From positions 256,001 through 320,000 of the forward strand of contig JBBTCT010000022.1 of NCBI GenBank assembly GCA_038060895.1: DNA of 64,000 nucleotides, written 5' to 3'. This DNA comes from Planctomycetota bacterium. Lineage in GTDB: Bacteria > Planctomycetota > MHYJ01 > WSZJ01. The notes beneath the pieces were generated by a model, which ran no database searches, was not told the origin of the DNA, and saw nothing but the letters and a program-made list of their open reading frames with translations. Below, one piece after another: positions 27,453 to 38,161 of the stretch. How positions within the stretch are numbered: position 1 is the first letter of the stretch; the number at the start of each line of letters is the position of its first letter. A program made the position numbers and the translations under genes.

Positions 27453-28058
27453 TCAACAATTCTCGTACTTCCAGTTCCGCGACTTTCCTTTCGTCAGCCA
27501 CTCCAGCGTCGTCGCGAGGCGGCGCTGGCGCGTCGCCTCCTGTTTCGCTTCCGTGATCCACTCGATGTACTCGCGCCGGTGGCTCGGCGGAAAGGCCTCG
27601 AACGTCGCGCGCGCCTTCGCGTTTTTCTTGAGCGCCGCGGCGAGATCCGCCGGCACCTTCGCCTCAGGCTTCTTCGTGCGTGGCCGCGACATCGGCGACT
27701 TCGCACCGGAGAGGTTCAGCTCGACGGCCTGCCGCACGTAGTCCGCGATCACTCCGTCCGGCGGAAGCTGCGACACGTCCGTGTACCGAGACCCCATCAT
27801 CCCGTCGTGCCTGCCGAGAATCCCCGCCGGGTCCTTCATCTGCTTCTCGCGCCAGAACCCGAACGTCGCGTGCGCCTTGAACGCCGCCATCCCGCAGACC
27901 ATTCCGTACTTCTCGAAGCTCGGCACACCCCACTTGATTTTCTCCTCGATCCCGGGGCACCCCGTGCGCACCGCCGCGCGGACGCGCTTCAGGATCGGCT
28001 GCGCGAACGGCGCGGCCTTCGCGATGTACGCATCGACTTTCTTCGAGTCGTCGGGCAT
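27453..28058 (-). CDS. DUF1801/YdeI-OmdA family protein
   Basis: VDAYIAKA, IKWGVP, VPADLAAAL, REYIEWITEAK..TRQRRL. Confidence 0.88.
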   Translation of the reverse strand: MPDDSKKVDAYIAKAAPFAQPILKRVRAAVRTGCPGIEEKIKWGVPSFEKYGMVCGMAAFKAHATFGFWREKQMKDPAGILGRHDGMMGSRYTDVSQLPPDGVIADYVRQAVELNLSGAKSPMSRPRTKKPEAKVPADLAAALKKNAKARATFEAFPPSHRREYIEWITEAKQEATRQRRLATTLEWLTKGKSRNWKYENC

Positions 28059-28145
28059 GGCGGGACCTCTTGCAGGAGAAGCGCCGATGTTGCGGAAGGC
28101 CGCCCGGCGAGTCAAGCCGCGCGCACCGCGTATAATGCGCACCCC

Positions 28146-28607
28146 TTGCGACTCTTCCTCGCCACCGGCTGCGGCCTCGGCCGATTCCCCTTCGGCGGAT
28201 CGATCGCGTCGCTTGCCTCCTGCTTCTTCGCCGTCGTCGTCGCCGAATCGACGTTCCCTGACCGGCTCGAGTGGGCGGTGCTCGCCGTCCTTGCGTCGCT
28301 CGTGTGCCTTGCGACAGCCGGAGAAGCGGAGCGGGTGCTCGGGAGGAAGGACCCGCTGGAAGTCGTCGCCGACGAATTCGCGGGGATGTGGCTGGCGTTT
28401 GCAATCGCGCCGCCGGGGCGGAATCTCGCACTGGTCTTCGTGGTGTTCGGACTATTCCGACTCTTCGACGGCGTAAAGCCGTTCGGGCTGAAGAAGCTCC
28501 AGGCGGCACCGGGCGCAGTGGGGATCCTGATTGACGACCTGGTGGCAGGTGCCATAGCAGGAGCCGGCACCCTCGGCCTGTCCGCCGCGTTACCGGGAGT
28601 CCTTTAG
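28146..28607 (+). CDS. pgpA: Phosphatidylglycerophosphatase A (start uncertain)
   Basis: KDPLEVVADEFAG, FRLFDGVKP, GILIDDLVAG. Confidence 0.85.
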   Translation: MRLFLATGCGLGRFPFGGSIASLASCFFAVVVAESTFPDRLEWAVLAVLASLVCLATAGEAERVLGRKDPLEVVADEFAGMWLAFAIAPPGRNLALVFVVFGLFRLFDGVKPFGLKKLQAAPGAVGILIDDLVAGAIAGAGTLGLSAALPGVL

Positions 28608-28618
28608 CCGACCGCGGG

Positions 28619-29203
28619 CTACTTCGTGCCTGCCGGGGCCATCCAGGCACTTGGGTCGCCGTCGAGGAGGTCATCGGCGAGCGAGCCGGTCGGACTGTCG
28701 TACGTAAAGACGTCCACGCGGCCCTGGAAGAAGAGGACGTTGAGATCGTCCCCGTTGCCGTGATTCGGCTCGCCCGTCGCAGGATTGTCGTCGTCGCAGG
28801 CGATCGGCAGGTCCGGGGGCGCGCCGTCGTTGATGCCCGCGGTCGTCCACGTGTAGGTCACGCCGCCTTCAGGCGTGTAGGCGCCCGCGTCCACGATCGC
28901 GGCGTAGTGCGTCCCCGTGCCGCCCTTGCCGACTACGGCGCAGCGGAACAGATTGCCGTCGGTCGCCAGGTCGGGGCGCCAGAGCAACCCGAACCACGTC
29001 AGGGCGCCCGGCGTCGGGTAGGCCTTGAACTTTCCCTCGTACAGGGCGAAGTACACGCCGATCTGCTTGAGCGAGTTCTTGCAGTCCGTCTTGCGGCTCG
29101 ATTTGCGCGCCGCGGCCAGGGCAGGGAGGAGGAGCGCCGCCAGGATGCCGATGATGGCGATGACGACGAGCAGTTCGATGAGAGTGAAGCCTTTGCGTCG
29201 CAT
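28619..29203 (-). CDS. Prepilin-type N-terminal cleavage protein (DUF1559-like)
   Basis: [36 protein letters not shown]-terminal NH..NVLFFQG. Confidence 0.9.
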   Translation of the reverse strand: MRRKGFTLIELLVVIAIIGILAALLLPALAAARKSSRKTDCKNSLKQIGVYFALYEGKFKAYPTPGALTWFGLLWRPDLATDGNLFRCAVVGKGGTGTHYAAIVDAGAYTPEGGVTYTWTTAGINDGAPPDLPIACDDDNPATGEPNHGNGDDLNVLFFQGRVDVFTYDSPTGSLADDLLDGDPSAWMAPAGTK

Positions 29204-29408
29204 CAGACGTCTCCTGCTCCAAGAATAGCGTTTGTTCCCCACAAAGAGATGCCGGCATTCGTGAGGGGCTTTCACGGGGAAGCGGAATTCGTCCATCGGG
29301 GGAGGAGGGGCTATCGAATAGCCGCCACGACCTAACTTCCGGCTTACTTCAGCTCCGTCTGCGCGCTCTTTCCCCCACCCGTCCCGCTATCATGCATCTC
29401 CGACACCC

Positions 29409-30062
29409 GTGCCCACCTTCCCCAGCACCATCTGGCACGACCTCGACCGCGCCCGCAACGGCGAGGCCGCCGCGTGGACCGCCGTCGTCACCCGCTATCG
29501 CCCGGCGATTCACTCCTTTCTTCGAAGCGCCGGCAGATCGGAGGCCGACGCGGATGACATCGCGCAGGATGTCTTCCTCCAGATGGTCCGCAGCAGCCTC
29601 CTCGACGGCGCGCACCCCAGGCGCGGCAAGTTCCGGAGCCTCGTCCTCGCCGTGACGACCAACGTCATGCGCCACAAGCTCCGCGACGACCGCGCGGAAA
29701 AACGCGGCGGCGGCAGGAAGCCCGTCCCGCTCGAAGGGCAGGACGTCCCGGCGCCCGAGGAAGAAGAGCGCTTCGACCGCGAATGGGTCAAGCGCATGGT
29801 CGCCTCGGCGCTCGAAGAGCTGGCCCGGACACGGCCGCTCTATCACGAAGCGCTCCGGCTCTCCCTCGAGGACCGGACGCAGGCGCAGATCGCGCAGACG
29901 CTGGGAAAGTCGTCCGCCCAGGTGAACAACCACATCCATCGCGCGAAGAAGTGGGTCCGGCGGCGGTTGCGCGCGCTGGTGAGGGAGTCGTGCGCGGACG
30001 CGGTGACGTACCGGGAGGAGCTCGCCTACCTCGGGAAGTACCTGGACCTGGAGGGGGAATAG
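29409..30062 (+). CDS. ECF RNA polymerase sigma factor
   Basis: FPSTIW, ADDIAQDVF, GKFRSLV, AEKRGGG, FDREW and a region-4 HTH; resembles kinase-associated planctomycete ECFs. Confidence 0.85.
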   Translation: MPTFPSTIWHDLDRARNGEAAAWTAVVTRYRPAIHSFLRSAGRSEADADDIAQDVFLQMVRSSLLDGAHPRRGKFRSLVLAVTTNVMRHKLRDDRAEKRGGGRKPVPLEGQDVPAPEEEERFDREWVKRMVASALEELARTRPLYHEALRLSLEDRTQAQIAQTLGKSSAQVNNHIHRAKKWVRRRLRALVRESCADAVTYREELAYLGKYLDLEGE

Positions 30063-30064
30063 CC

Positions 30065-32632
30065 CTATTTCGCAGCTTCCACCGACCGCACCAGCCTGAA
30101 CCCGATGTCGCTGTCCACTTCTCTCTCCGGATCCCCATCCACGAACGTCGTCCGAAACTCGACCCAGTCCATGTCGCGCGACCCGCCGCCCCGCACCCCG
30201 CGCAGCCTCACCGACTTGTCCTGCCAGTTCGAGCACCACTCCTTCACATTCCCCGCCAGGTCCATGATCCCGTACGGGCACTCGTCCGCGGGATTCGACC
30301 CGACGGGAAGCGCCCCGAGTTCCACCGTCGGTCGCGACCGCCCGCCGTTCGTCCAGATCCAGTCGAACGTCGGTCCCCACGGAAACGCACGCCCGTCCGC
30401 GCCGCGGGCGATCGCTTCGCGCTCCCGCGTCGTCGGAAGCCGCCACGGGAGCCCGTCCCGCTGCGCCCGCCACGCGCAATACTTCCGCGCGTCCCAGTAC
30501 GACACTTTCACCATCGGCAGACGCAGACCTCCGTCCGGGTAACCCGGCTCCGCCGGCATCAGCCGCCCGTCCCGCATCTCCCAGCCGTCCGGCGGCGCCC
30601 GCTTCCGCAATTCCTCCGGGTCCCCCGCTGCCGCAAGCGCCGCGAGATACTCCGCGTACTCCGCACGCGTAACCTCGTACTTCCCGGCCACCAGGTCCCC
30701 CATCTCGCGAACCCGCCGCCTCTCGTCCGGACCCACGACGAATTTTCCGGCAGGCACGTGCACGAAGTCCGCACCGATCTCCGCTTCCGTCAGCAGCCGT
30801 ACCGTCGCGGCCACCTGCGGATACTTGCGCGTGATCGCGAACGGGAAGCGCGTGTCCCGGCGGCCCGGGAGCCGGAGGATCGCCAGGTACGAACCCGCCG
30901 GCAGCTTTTCCGGCGGCGCTTTCATCGGGCGCAGCACGAGTCGTGGATCCTCTCCCTGCTCGTACCGGAAGTACTCAACGGCAGCGCCCGGCGGGTCCGA
31001 GGTGATCACCACCGAGCCGCTCGCGCGGTCGCACTCTTCCGACCTCGGCTTGTCGTAGAGCTTCAGCAGACCTTTCGCTTCCGCCATCTTGAGTGCATCC
31101 CCGGCCCACTCCGCGCGCTTGAAAGCTCTCCAGTAATAGCCGGACAGGAATTCCCGGGGCGGCGCGTAGTCCGGGTCGGCCTGTACGGCGGACGAATAGA
31201 AGTGGACCACCTTTGTGCGTTCCTCGGAGAGTTCGCGCTCGAGCGTGGCGATCCGGGTTTCCATTCTCCAGAGCTCGTCGTGCTTGCCGGAGGGCGCGGT
31301 GGTGTCGAGCGAAGCGAACAGCGCGTCGCGTTCGACCTGAAGTGCCTTGAGCGAGGCGCCAATCTCCTTCACACGCGCGCGTGCCGCCTTTCCCTGCTCG
31401 GTGTTGCGCTCCGCGTTGTACCGCTTTGCTTCCCGACGCTTGAGCGCCAGCAGGTTCGAGTTCCGGTCGCTCTTCTCGAGATTCCAGAGCTGGCTGGCCA
31501 GCCACACGGCCTGCTCCGTGTCGCGTTCCGCCAGGACCTCCGCGTGTTTCGCTTCGACGTCGCTCCGGTGGCGGGCGGCATCGACGGCGAGCTTCACGCC
31601 GAGTCCTGCGAGTGCGAGCACCAGGGCGGCTCCCGCCGTCGCGGCCGCGACATGACGGCGCACCCAGAGTTCCGCCTTGCGCGCCGGCGAAGGCGGGCGC
31701 GCGAGCACGCGGCCTCCGTCGAGATGTCTGCGGAGGTCGTCGGCAAAGGAAGCGGCATCCGGGTATCGGCGCGCAGGATCTTTTTCGAGGGCGCGCAGGG
31801 CGACGAGCTCGAGGTCGCGCGGGACGCCGGGATTCAGCGCGTTCGGGGGAAGCGGATCTTCATACGCGACCCGCCGGATCACGTCGGCCGCGTTATCCCC
31901 CTGGTGCGGGGCGCGGCCGGTGAGGATGTGGTACAGGATCGCGCCGAGCGCGTAGACGTCGGTGCGGACCGAAAGGAGCCCCGACTGCCCGAGCGCCTGC
32001 TCGGGCGCCATGTACCACGGCGTCCCCAGCGTCGTCCCGCTCTGCGTCAGCGCCGTCTCGGAATCGATCTTCCGCGCAAGGCCGAAGTCCGCGACCTTCG
32101 GCACGCCGGCAGGCGTCAGCAGCAGATTTCCCGGCTTCAAATCGCGGTGAATGATCCCCGTCCCGTGCGCGTAATGCACCGCCCGGCTCACCGTTTCCAG
32201 GATCTCCGCCCCCTTGCGAATCTCCACGTCGTTCGCGCTCAGCGCTTCCGCCAGCGTCCTCCCGCGGATCAGCTCCATCACCAGGATCATTCGCCCTTCT
32301 TCCCAGCCCACGTCGTAAATCGTCACGATGTTCGGGTGCGTCAGCTTCGCCGCCATCTCCGCTTCACGCCGGAACCGGATCCCCATCTCCGCGTCCCCGC
32401 GGCTCTCCTCGCGCAGCACCTTGACCGCGACCTCGCGCTGCAGCTTCTTGTCGAACGCCGCGTAAACCACCGCCGTGCCGCCGCGCCCGAGCTCCTCGCG
32501 CATCTCAAACCGCGAAGCCGCCAGCGGCGGCGCCATCTGCACCGTCGCCACTTCCTTCATGGCGCTTCGCATCGCATCGTCGAGGGATTCGGGTTTCATG
32601 GTCGAGGTCCGGGAAGCGGCGGGCATTTTCAC
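30065..32632 (-). CDS. Ser/Thr kinase - coiled coil - PEGA-like - FGE-sulfatase domain protein
   Basis: HRDLKPGN, DFG, APEQ; TM helix; ITSDPPGA; YEVT, WRLPT, DLAGNVKEW, IGFRLVR. Confidence 0.9.
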   Translation of the reverse strand: MKMPAASRTSTMKPESLDDAMRSAMKEVATVQMAPPLAASRFEMREELGRGGTAVVYAAFDKKLQREVAVKVLREESRGDAEMGIRFRREAEMAAKLTHPNIVTIYDVGWEEGRMILVMELIRGRTLAEALSANDVEIRKGAEILETVSRAVHYAHGTGIIHRDLKPGNLLLTPAGVPKVADFGLARKIDSETALTQSGTTLGTPWYMAPEQALGQSGLLSVRTDVYALGAILYHILTGRAPHQGDNAADVIRRVAYEDPLPPNALNPGVPRDLELVALRALEKDPARRYPDAASFADDLRRHLDGGRVLARPPSPARKAELWVRRHVAAATAGAALVLALAGLGVKLAVDAARHRSDVEAKHAEVLAERDTEQAVWLASQLWNLEKSDRNSNLLALKRREAKRYNAERNTEQGKAARARVKEIGASLKALQVERDALFASLDTTAPSGKHDELWRMETRIATLERELSEERTKVVHFYSSAVQADPDYAPPREFLSGYYWRAFKRAEWAGDALKMAEAKGLLKLYDKPRSEECDRASGSVVITSDPPGAAVEYFRYEQGEDPRLVLRPMKAPPEKLPAGSYLAILRLPGRRDTRFPFAITRKYPQVAATVRLLTEAEIGADFVHVPAGKFVVGPDERRRVREMGDLVAGKYEVTRAEYAEYLAALAAAGDPEELRKRAPPDGWEMRDGRLMPAEPGYPDGGLRLPMVKVSYWDARKYCAWRAQRDGLPWRLPTTREREAIARGADGRAFPWGPTFDWIWTNGGRSRPTVELGALPVGSNPADECPYGIMDLAGNVKEWCSNWQDKSVRLRGVRGGGSRDMDWVEFRTTFVDGDPEREVDSDIGFRLVRSVEAAK

Positions 32633-32797
32633 ACAAAGAGATGCCCGGTGGCGTCCGGTTGTTTCACTTCATTCCAGGAATGACGGCATTTAAGGTTCGG
32701 TGAAGGTTCGGCCGCTTCTCGAATGGGCATCTCACGCTCGTTGCTTCGCGTCCCGCGATTCCCGTAGAATCCATGGGCTCACATGGGGGACCTCGCG

Positions 32798-33916
32798 ATG
32801 GGCGAACACACGCGCGATCGGGCTGGCGCCGACGCGGATTCACTGCGCGCGGAGAATCTGCGCCTCGAGACCCTGGTTCGCAAGCAGGAACTGGACTTCA
32901 AGACGCTCCTCGAGATGGCCAACGCGATCAACGAGCGGTCGCTGGATCCGCGCGGGATCGAGGCCTACCTCATCTACATCTGCAACGCTGTGCGCGGGCA
33001 GTTCGGGGTCACGAAGGCGCATGTGGTGCGGGAAGCGATGGACGGGGAAGCGCGGCGGTTCATCCTGATGGAGCGGGGGAAGACGGTGTTTGAGTGCGCG
33101 CGGGACGGGGAGTTCGCGAAGGCGATGGTGAAGGCGCGCGGGGCGGTGCCGCTCTCGGGGGATCCGGTGGCGAATCTGCCGGAGGCCGCGCAGCTCAAGG
33201 CGCTCGACCTCGAAACCGTGGCGCCGCTTCTGAGATTCGCCGAAGGAAAAGCCGAACTCAAGGGGGTGCTCGCGATCGGAAAGCGGCTCGTCAAGGCGCC
33301 TTTCGCGGCCGACGACCTCCAGATGTTTGGATTGCTGGGGAGCATCATCGCGATTTCGCTGCATAATGCGGAACTGCACCGGAAGGCGATCGTGGACACG
33401 CTGACGCAGGTGTACAGCCGGGGGCATTTCGACCTGGCGATGGAAGCGGAGATTTCCCGTGCGGAGCGGTACGGCGGACAGCATCATTCCGACGAGGTGC
33501 GGTTCGTGTCGCTGGTGATGATGGACATCGACCACTTCAAGAAGGTGAACGACACGCACGGCCACCTGGGCGGGGACGCGGTGTTGCGGGTGGTGGCGCG
33601 GGCGCTGAGGCAGACGGTGAGGAAATCGGACGTGGTGTCGCGGTACGGCGGCGAAGAGTTTGCGTTGATCGCGCCGGAGACGAACAAAGAGGAGGCGATC
33701 CGGATGGCGGAGCGGTTGCGGCTGAGGATCGCCGGGGAGAAGGCGGAGAGCGGCGGGAAGTCGCTGGCGGTCACCGCGAGCTTCGGGGTCGCGACGTACC
33801 CCAATGATGCGGGGGATCTGCGCGCGCTGGTGGCGGCCGCCGACAAGGCGCTGTACGCGGCCAAAGAGCGCGGGCGTAACCAGGTCGTCGCCGCTTCCGG
33901 CCGGGAGCACGCCTGA
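32798..33916 (+). CDS. GAF-GGDEF diguanylate cyclase
   Basis: DIDHFKKVNDTHGH, I-site RKSD, RYGGEEF, ADKALYAAK. Confidence 0.92.
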   Translation: MGEHTRDRAGADADSLRAENLRLETLVRKQELDFKTLLEMANAINERSLDPRGIEAYLIYICNAVRGQFGVTKAHVVREAMDGEARRFILMERGKTVFECARDGEFAKAMVKARGAVPLSGDPVANLPEAAQLKALDLETVAPLLRFAEGKAELKGVLAIGKRLVKAPFAADDLQMFGLLGSIIAISLHNAELHRKAIVDTLTQVYSRGHFDLAMEAEISRAERYGGQHHSDEVRFVSLVMMDIDHFKKVNDTHGHLGGDAVLRVVARALRQTVRKSDVVSRYGGEEFALIAPETNKEEAIRMAERLRLRIAGEKAESGGKSLAVTASFGVATYPNDAGDLRALVAAADKALYAAKERGRNQVVAASGREHA

Positions 33917-35793
33917 TGGAACGGCCCATGGGGGGAGCGCGCCGTCCGGCGCCGGGAGGCACCAGCGCCAAGATGGGCGGGACGGGACAGCACCGTGCGG
34001 TCCGACCCGCGCCGGGGCACACCCCCGCGGGAACGCCACCGCCGTCGGACACCAGCCACCTGAGACGGACGGACGGCGGGCACAGCGCCGGCCACGGCGG
34101 GGGACACGCCGCCGGCCCCGCGCGCTCTCCGGGGACCTCCAGCGGGTCGCTCGGCGGCATGGGCCTCGGCGCCAAGTTCGCGCTCTTCATCGCCCTCACC
34201 GTCGCCATCGCCAGCTCCTTCCTCGTCGTCGGCGGGTACTACTCCGTCGCGAAGGAAATGGACCAGGAGATCGACGAAGCGGGCGTTCGGCTGACGAAGC
34301 TCGCCGCGGCGACGGCGTGGCCGATCATCAAGAAGCACATGGACGCCGGCGATGACAACCCGCGCGAGAAGCTGCTCGAGAACCTCAACAACATGGTCAA
34401 GCTGGTCGATCCCACGAACCAGCCGGCCTACAAGAAGCTCGACGACGAGAACCGCAACAAGTGGCTGAAGGCCATCCTGGAATCCAGCGACATCGACCCT
34501 TACAGCCTCCTGACCAATTCGACGATGGAGCTCGAAACCCCCGAGATCATCAACATCATCATCCTCCTGCCGAACGGGCGGGATTACATCGCCTCCATGA
34601 AGCGAGACCCGATCACCCTTGGAAATCCGACGCCTCGCGCCAAGATCGGCGGCGTGGAGATCCAGGAGGGCATCTACTCCTCCGGCAACAACGTCCGGGT
34701 GCGGCTCTTCAAGAAGCCCGTCCTCGACCAGAACGGAACCGAGCGCGGCACCGTGCAGGTCTACCTGAAGGCCGCGAAGATCGACGCGGCGAAGTCGCAC
34801 ATCCTGACGGCCATGATGATCCCGCTGCTCTTCGCGATCGTCATCGGCGCCGGCATCGGCTTCTACCTGTCCACGATCGTGACCAAGCCGCTCAAGACGC
34901 TCATCAGCGACATCCAGATCGTGTCGCAGGGTGACCTCGAGCACGAGACGAAGGCGCGGTCCACCGACGAGATCGGGTACCTCGCGCGGACGTTCAACCT
35001 CATGACGAAGAGCCTCGCGGTGGCGCACACGGCGGAGCTGCAGACCAAGGCGATGGAGCACGAGTTGAGCATCGCCGTGGACATCCAGTCGAACCTGTTG
35101 CCTAAGCGCATCCCGAAGATCCCGAAGTTCGAGATCGGCGCGTACTACCGGCCGTCAAAGGAAGTCGGCGGCGACTACTACGACTTCATCCAGATCGACC
35201 AGAACCACCTGGGCGTGATCGTGGCCGACGTGTCGGGCAAGGGCATTCCCGGGTCGATGGTGATGACGATGGCGCGGTCGCTTATCCGGATGGAAGCGGA
35301 GCGAAATCTGTCCACGGCCGACACGCTGATCAAGACGAACCGCATCCTCGCGCGCGACATCCGCCGCGGAATGTTCGTGACGTGCCTCTACGCGCTCATC
35401 GACGTGCAGAAGAACTCGATGCTCGTCTCGAGCGCCGGGCACAACCCGATGGTGGTCTACCGCAAGGCGACCAACAAGTACGAGCTGATCAACCCCAACG
35501 GCATCGCCCTCGGTTTCGACAAGGGCCCGATCTTCGAGCGCACCATCAAGGAACAGTCGATCCCGTACGGCCCGGGCGACCGCTTCGTCCTCTACACCGA
35601 CGGCGTCGTCGAGGCCATGAGCCCCCGGAACGTCGAGTTCGGGGACGAACGTTTCTACAAGATGGTCCAGACCCTCGCCGACAAGGATTCGAACGTGTTC
35701 ATCAACACCATCGTGAAGGCGCTCGACGACCACCAGGGCGACGGGGAGCAGCACGACGACATCACGCTCGTTACGGTGAGGGTGCTGGGCTAG
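33916..35793 (+). CDS. Membrane HAMP-SpoIIE (PP2C) phosphatase, RsbU-like
   Basis: Two TM helices, HAMP (DEIGYLARTFN), VGGDYYD, ADVSGKG, YTDGVVE, HDDIT. Confidence 0.92.
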   Translation: MERPMGGARRPAPGGTSAKMGGTGQHRAVRPAPGHTPAGTPPPSDTSHLRRTDGGHSAGHGGGHAAGPARSPGTSSGSLGGMGLGAKFALFIALTVAIASSFLVVGGYYSVAKEMDQEIDEAGVRLTKLAAATAWPIIKKHMDAGDDNPREKLLENLNNMVKLVDPTNQPAYKKLDDENRNKWLKAILESSDIDPYSLLTNSTMELETPEIINIIILLPNGRDYIASMKRDPITLGNPTPRAKIGGVEIQEGIYSSGNNVRVRLFKKPVLDQNGTERGTVQVYLKAAKIDAAKSHILTAMMIPLLFAIVIGAGIGFYLSTIVTKPLKTLISDIQIVSQGDLEHETKARSTDEIGYLARTFNLMTKSLAVAHTAELQTKAMEHELSIAVDIQSNLLPKRIPKIPKFEIGAYYRPSKEVGGDYYDFIQIDQNHLGVIVADVSGKGIPGSMVMTMARSLIRMEAERNLSTADTLIKTNRILARDIRRGMFVTCLYALIDVQKNSMLVSSAGHNPMVVYRKATNKYELINPNGIALGFDKGPIFERTIKEQSIPYGPGDRFVLYTDGVVEAMSPRNVEFGDERFYKMVQTLADKDSNVFINTIVKALDDHQGDGEQHDDITLVTVRVLG

Positions 35794-35842
35794 GCGCGTC
35801 CTGAGGTTGGCGGCGTGAATTCAACACCTGGGAGAGCAGCGG

Positions 35843-36289
35843 ATGGGTGAAGTGCACGACCGGATCGTCATCACGAACGACACCAAGTTCCTCGGTTTCG
35901 TGCGCGAGTTCATGTCGCGCATGATCCGCCAGTCGTCGCTCTCCCGCGAGGACGAGAACAAGATCATCCTCGCGGTGGACGAAGCCGTCGCGAACATCAT
36001 CGAGCACGCGTACGAGAACCAGCGCGAGGGGACGATCGACGTCGAGTGCCTGGCCGACCCGGTGAAGTTCGTCGTGACGATCCGCGACTCCGGCCACCAG
36101 TTCAGCCCGGAAGCCATCGAGACGCCGAGCATCGAAGGGCACGTGAAGATGAAGAAGAAGAAGGGCCTGGGCATCTACCTGATGCGCCTCATCATGGACG
36201 AGGTGCGCTACACGTTCCGCGAGGGAATCCAGAACGAACTCGTGCTCGTCAAGTACATCGGGGGAAAGCCCAAGGCACCGCAGGCTTAG
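35843..36289 (+). CDS. Anti-sigma factor kinase (RsbW/SpoIIAB-like)
   Basis: LAVDEAVANIIEHAY, IRDSG, GLGIYLM. Confidence 0.9.
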   Translation: MGEVHDRIVITNDTKFLGFVREFMSRMIRQSSLSREDENKIILAVDEAVANIIEHAYENQREGTIDVECLADPVKFVVTIRDSGHQFSPEAIETPSIEGHVKMKKKKGLGIYLMRLIMDEVRYTFREGIQNELVLVKYIGGKPKAPQA

Positions 36290-36347
36290 TTCCGTTGAGT
36301 CAGCCGGGGAGGATCGCTAGAATCCCCGTCCAACATCGAGGAATCAG

Positions 36348-36695
36348 ATGGCCGAGTTCCACATCCAGACCAAGAAGCTGAACAACAACATCGTCTTCAT
36401 CGCGGTGCAGGGTTTTCTCGACGCCCACACCTTCGAGGAGATGGAGAAGACGATCAACGACCTCTTCGACGGCGGCACCTACCGCCTCGTGGTCGACCTC
36501 TCCAAGCTCGACTACATCTCCAGCGCCGGCGCGGGCGTCTTCATCGGCGCGATCGGCACCGCGCAGGAGAACGACGGGAACATCGTCCTCATGAAGCCGA
36601 GCCCGAACGTGAAGGAAGTCTTCGACCTGCTCGGCCTCAGCCAGATCTTTCCGTTCGCCAACGACGTCGACGGAGCTTCGAAACTGTTCGCGTAG
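36348..36695 (+). CDS. STAS anti-anti-sigma factor (RsbV-like)
   Basis: GFLDA, VDLSKLDYISSAG, VFDLLG. Confidence 0.92.
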   Translation: MAEFHIQTKKLNNNIVFIAVQGFLDAHTFEEMEKTINDLFDGGTYRLVVDLSKLDYISSAGAGVFIGAIGTAQENDGNIVLMKPSPNVKEVFDLLGLSQIFPFANDVDGASKLFA

Positions 36696-36771
36696 AGGGG
36701 CCGGGCCGGAATCAGAAATGAAGTCGCCCGGAGCGGAATCGCTCCGGGCGAAGTTGTTTTCGGGGACTCCG

Positions 36772-37323
36772 TCATTCGCCGCGGCGCGCCCAGTCGATGA
36801 CGCGCTTCCAGAATGGGTAGAACCACGGCTCGTCTCCGCTGCGGAACCTCCATCGCCAGGTTTCGTCGGTGGCGGAGCAGAAGACGCGGCCGCGGCCGGT
36901 TTTCCTCGTGACGAATAGCGGCATGCGCCGGTCTTCGGGGCCGCATTCCACAAGCGCCTGCGCGTCCGCCTTGCAGCGGGTCGCAAGAAGCCAATGGATT
37001 CCCGGGATGCCGTCGCTGCGGCGGTCTCTGTCCTCCCAGACTTCCGTGGAGGGCGCCGGATTGGCCGAAAACGAAGTGATCGAGCTCAGGATCCCGAAGT
37101 CGGTCAGCCTGTATGCGTAGACAGCGGGTGATTCGGGGAGCGGCGTGTCGATTTCCACCGGCAGGAGCGGCTGAAGGTCCTTCTCGTCCCAGAGACTCGG
37201 CATCGCCTGTTCGCCGGCGATCAGGATGAGGCCGCCGCCCTCTTCCGCGACCCACGTGACCAGATTCTGCCAGCACATCCAGGACGCCATGTCCGGAGTC
37301 CGCAGCGTCCAGGGATGCCGCAT
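36772..37323 (-). pseudogene. Fragment of a glutamine-amidotransferase-like domain seen in vWA-cluster membrane proteins
   Basis: WVAEEGGGLILIAG..LLPV..GRGRV..TDETWRWR..FYPFW; no credible start or N-terminal part. Confidence 0.5.
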
Positions 37324-37407
37324 CGCCGACCCTCCGTAAGTTCCTCTTCCTCGACGCCGCCGGACGGGGAGCTGTTCAGCGCGATCGGGTCCCGCGGGTT
37401 CTACGAC

Positions 37408-37950
37408 CTACTCGAAGATCTCCGCGACAGGCGCCAGGACGCCTTTCATGACGACCGACGTCGCCGATTCGCCGCGCTTGAACGCACCGTGTTCGTTCCA
37501 ACCCTTCTCGCTCCACACCAGTACCCGGACAGTCTCCGCCACGGGATCCACGATCCAGTACTCCGGGATCCGGAATTCGTGATACAGCTTCTTCTTCGTC
37601 ACGAGGTCGCGCTTGCGGCCCGATTTCGACAGGATTTCGATCGCGACGTCGGGCGGGCCTTCGAGACGCGGGTCGGCACGTTTCAGGGTCTCCGGAGTCA
37701 TGAAAACTATGTCCGCCTGAACGACGGTGTGGACCGAGAGGACCGTGTCAAAGGGGGATTGGACAGCCTGACCGATTCCCAGCTTCCTGGCCTGCAATTC
37801 GAGGAGCAGGAACAGGTTTCCACAGATTCGCTGATGACGGAGGCAGGGAGACGGGCTCACCAGGAACTCTCCATTGATGAGCTCGACGCGTTCCTCGTCG
37901 TAAGCCAGGTAGTCTTCGACGGTTTTCTTGATGGGGCGGAGCATGGACAT
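37408..37950 (-). CDS. Uma2 (DUF820) family putative endonuclease
   Basis: ELINGE..SP..HQ, QADI, PDVAIEILS, K..Y..IPEYWIVDP. Confidence 0.9.
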   Translation of the reverse strand: MSMLRPIKKTVEDYLAYDEERVELINGEFLVSPSPCLRHQRICGNLFLLLELQARKLGIGQAVQSPFDTVLSVHTVVQADIVFMTPETLKRADPRLEGPPDVAIEILSKSGRKRDLVTKKKLYHEFRIPEYWIVDPVAETVRVLVWSEKGWNEHGAFKRGESATSVVMKGVLAPVAEIFE

Positions 37951-38161
37951 GACCTCAGGATAAGGGACGAGCAGGGGCCGGAGAAGGCCGGCTGCGAAGT
38001 GTTGTGAGTGGTGTGTATGTTTGGGACTTGTAACATCAACTGCGATAACTGATACCACATATCTGGATCAAGTCAAGCCGCTTCATGGAAAAAATGTTCG
38101 TTTCTCCCGGGCGCCGGCCTCCCGGCCTGCCCCGGCCGCGCCGAAGTAGAATGCCCCGCCC

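Noticed and set aside
30065-30800. Diversity-generating retroelement targeting the FGE (CLec-fold) domains
   Set aside because: No reverse transcriptase in the window and no template repeat differing at adenines was noticed.
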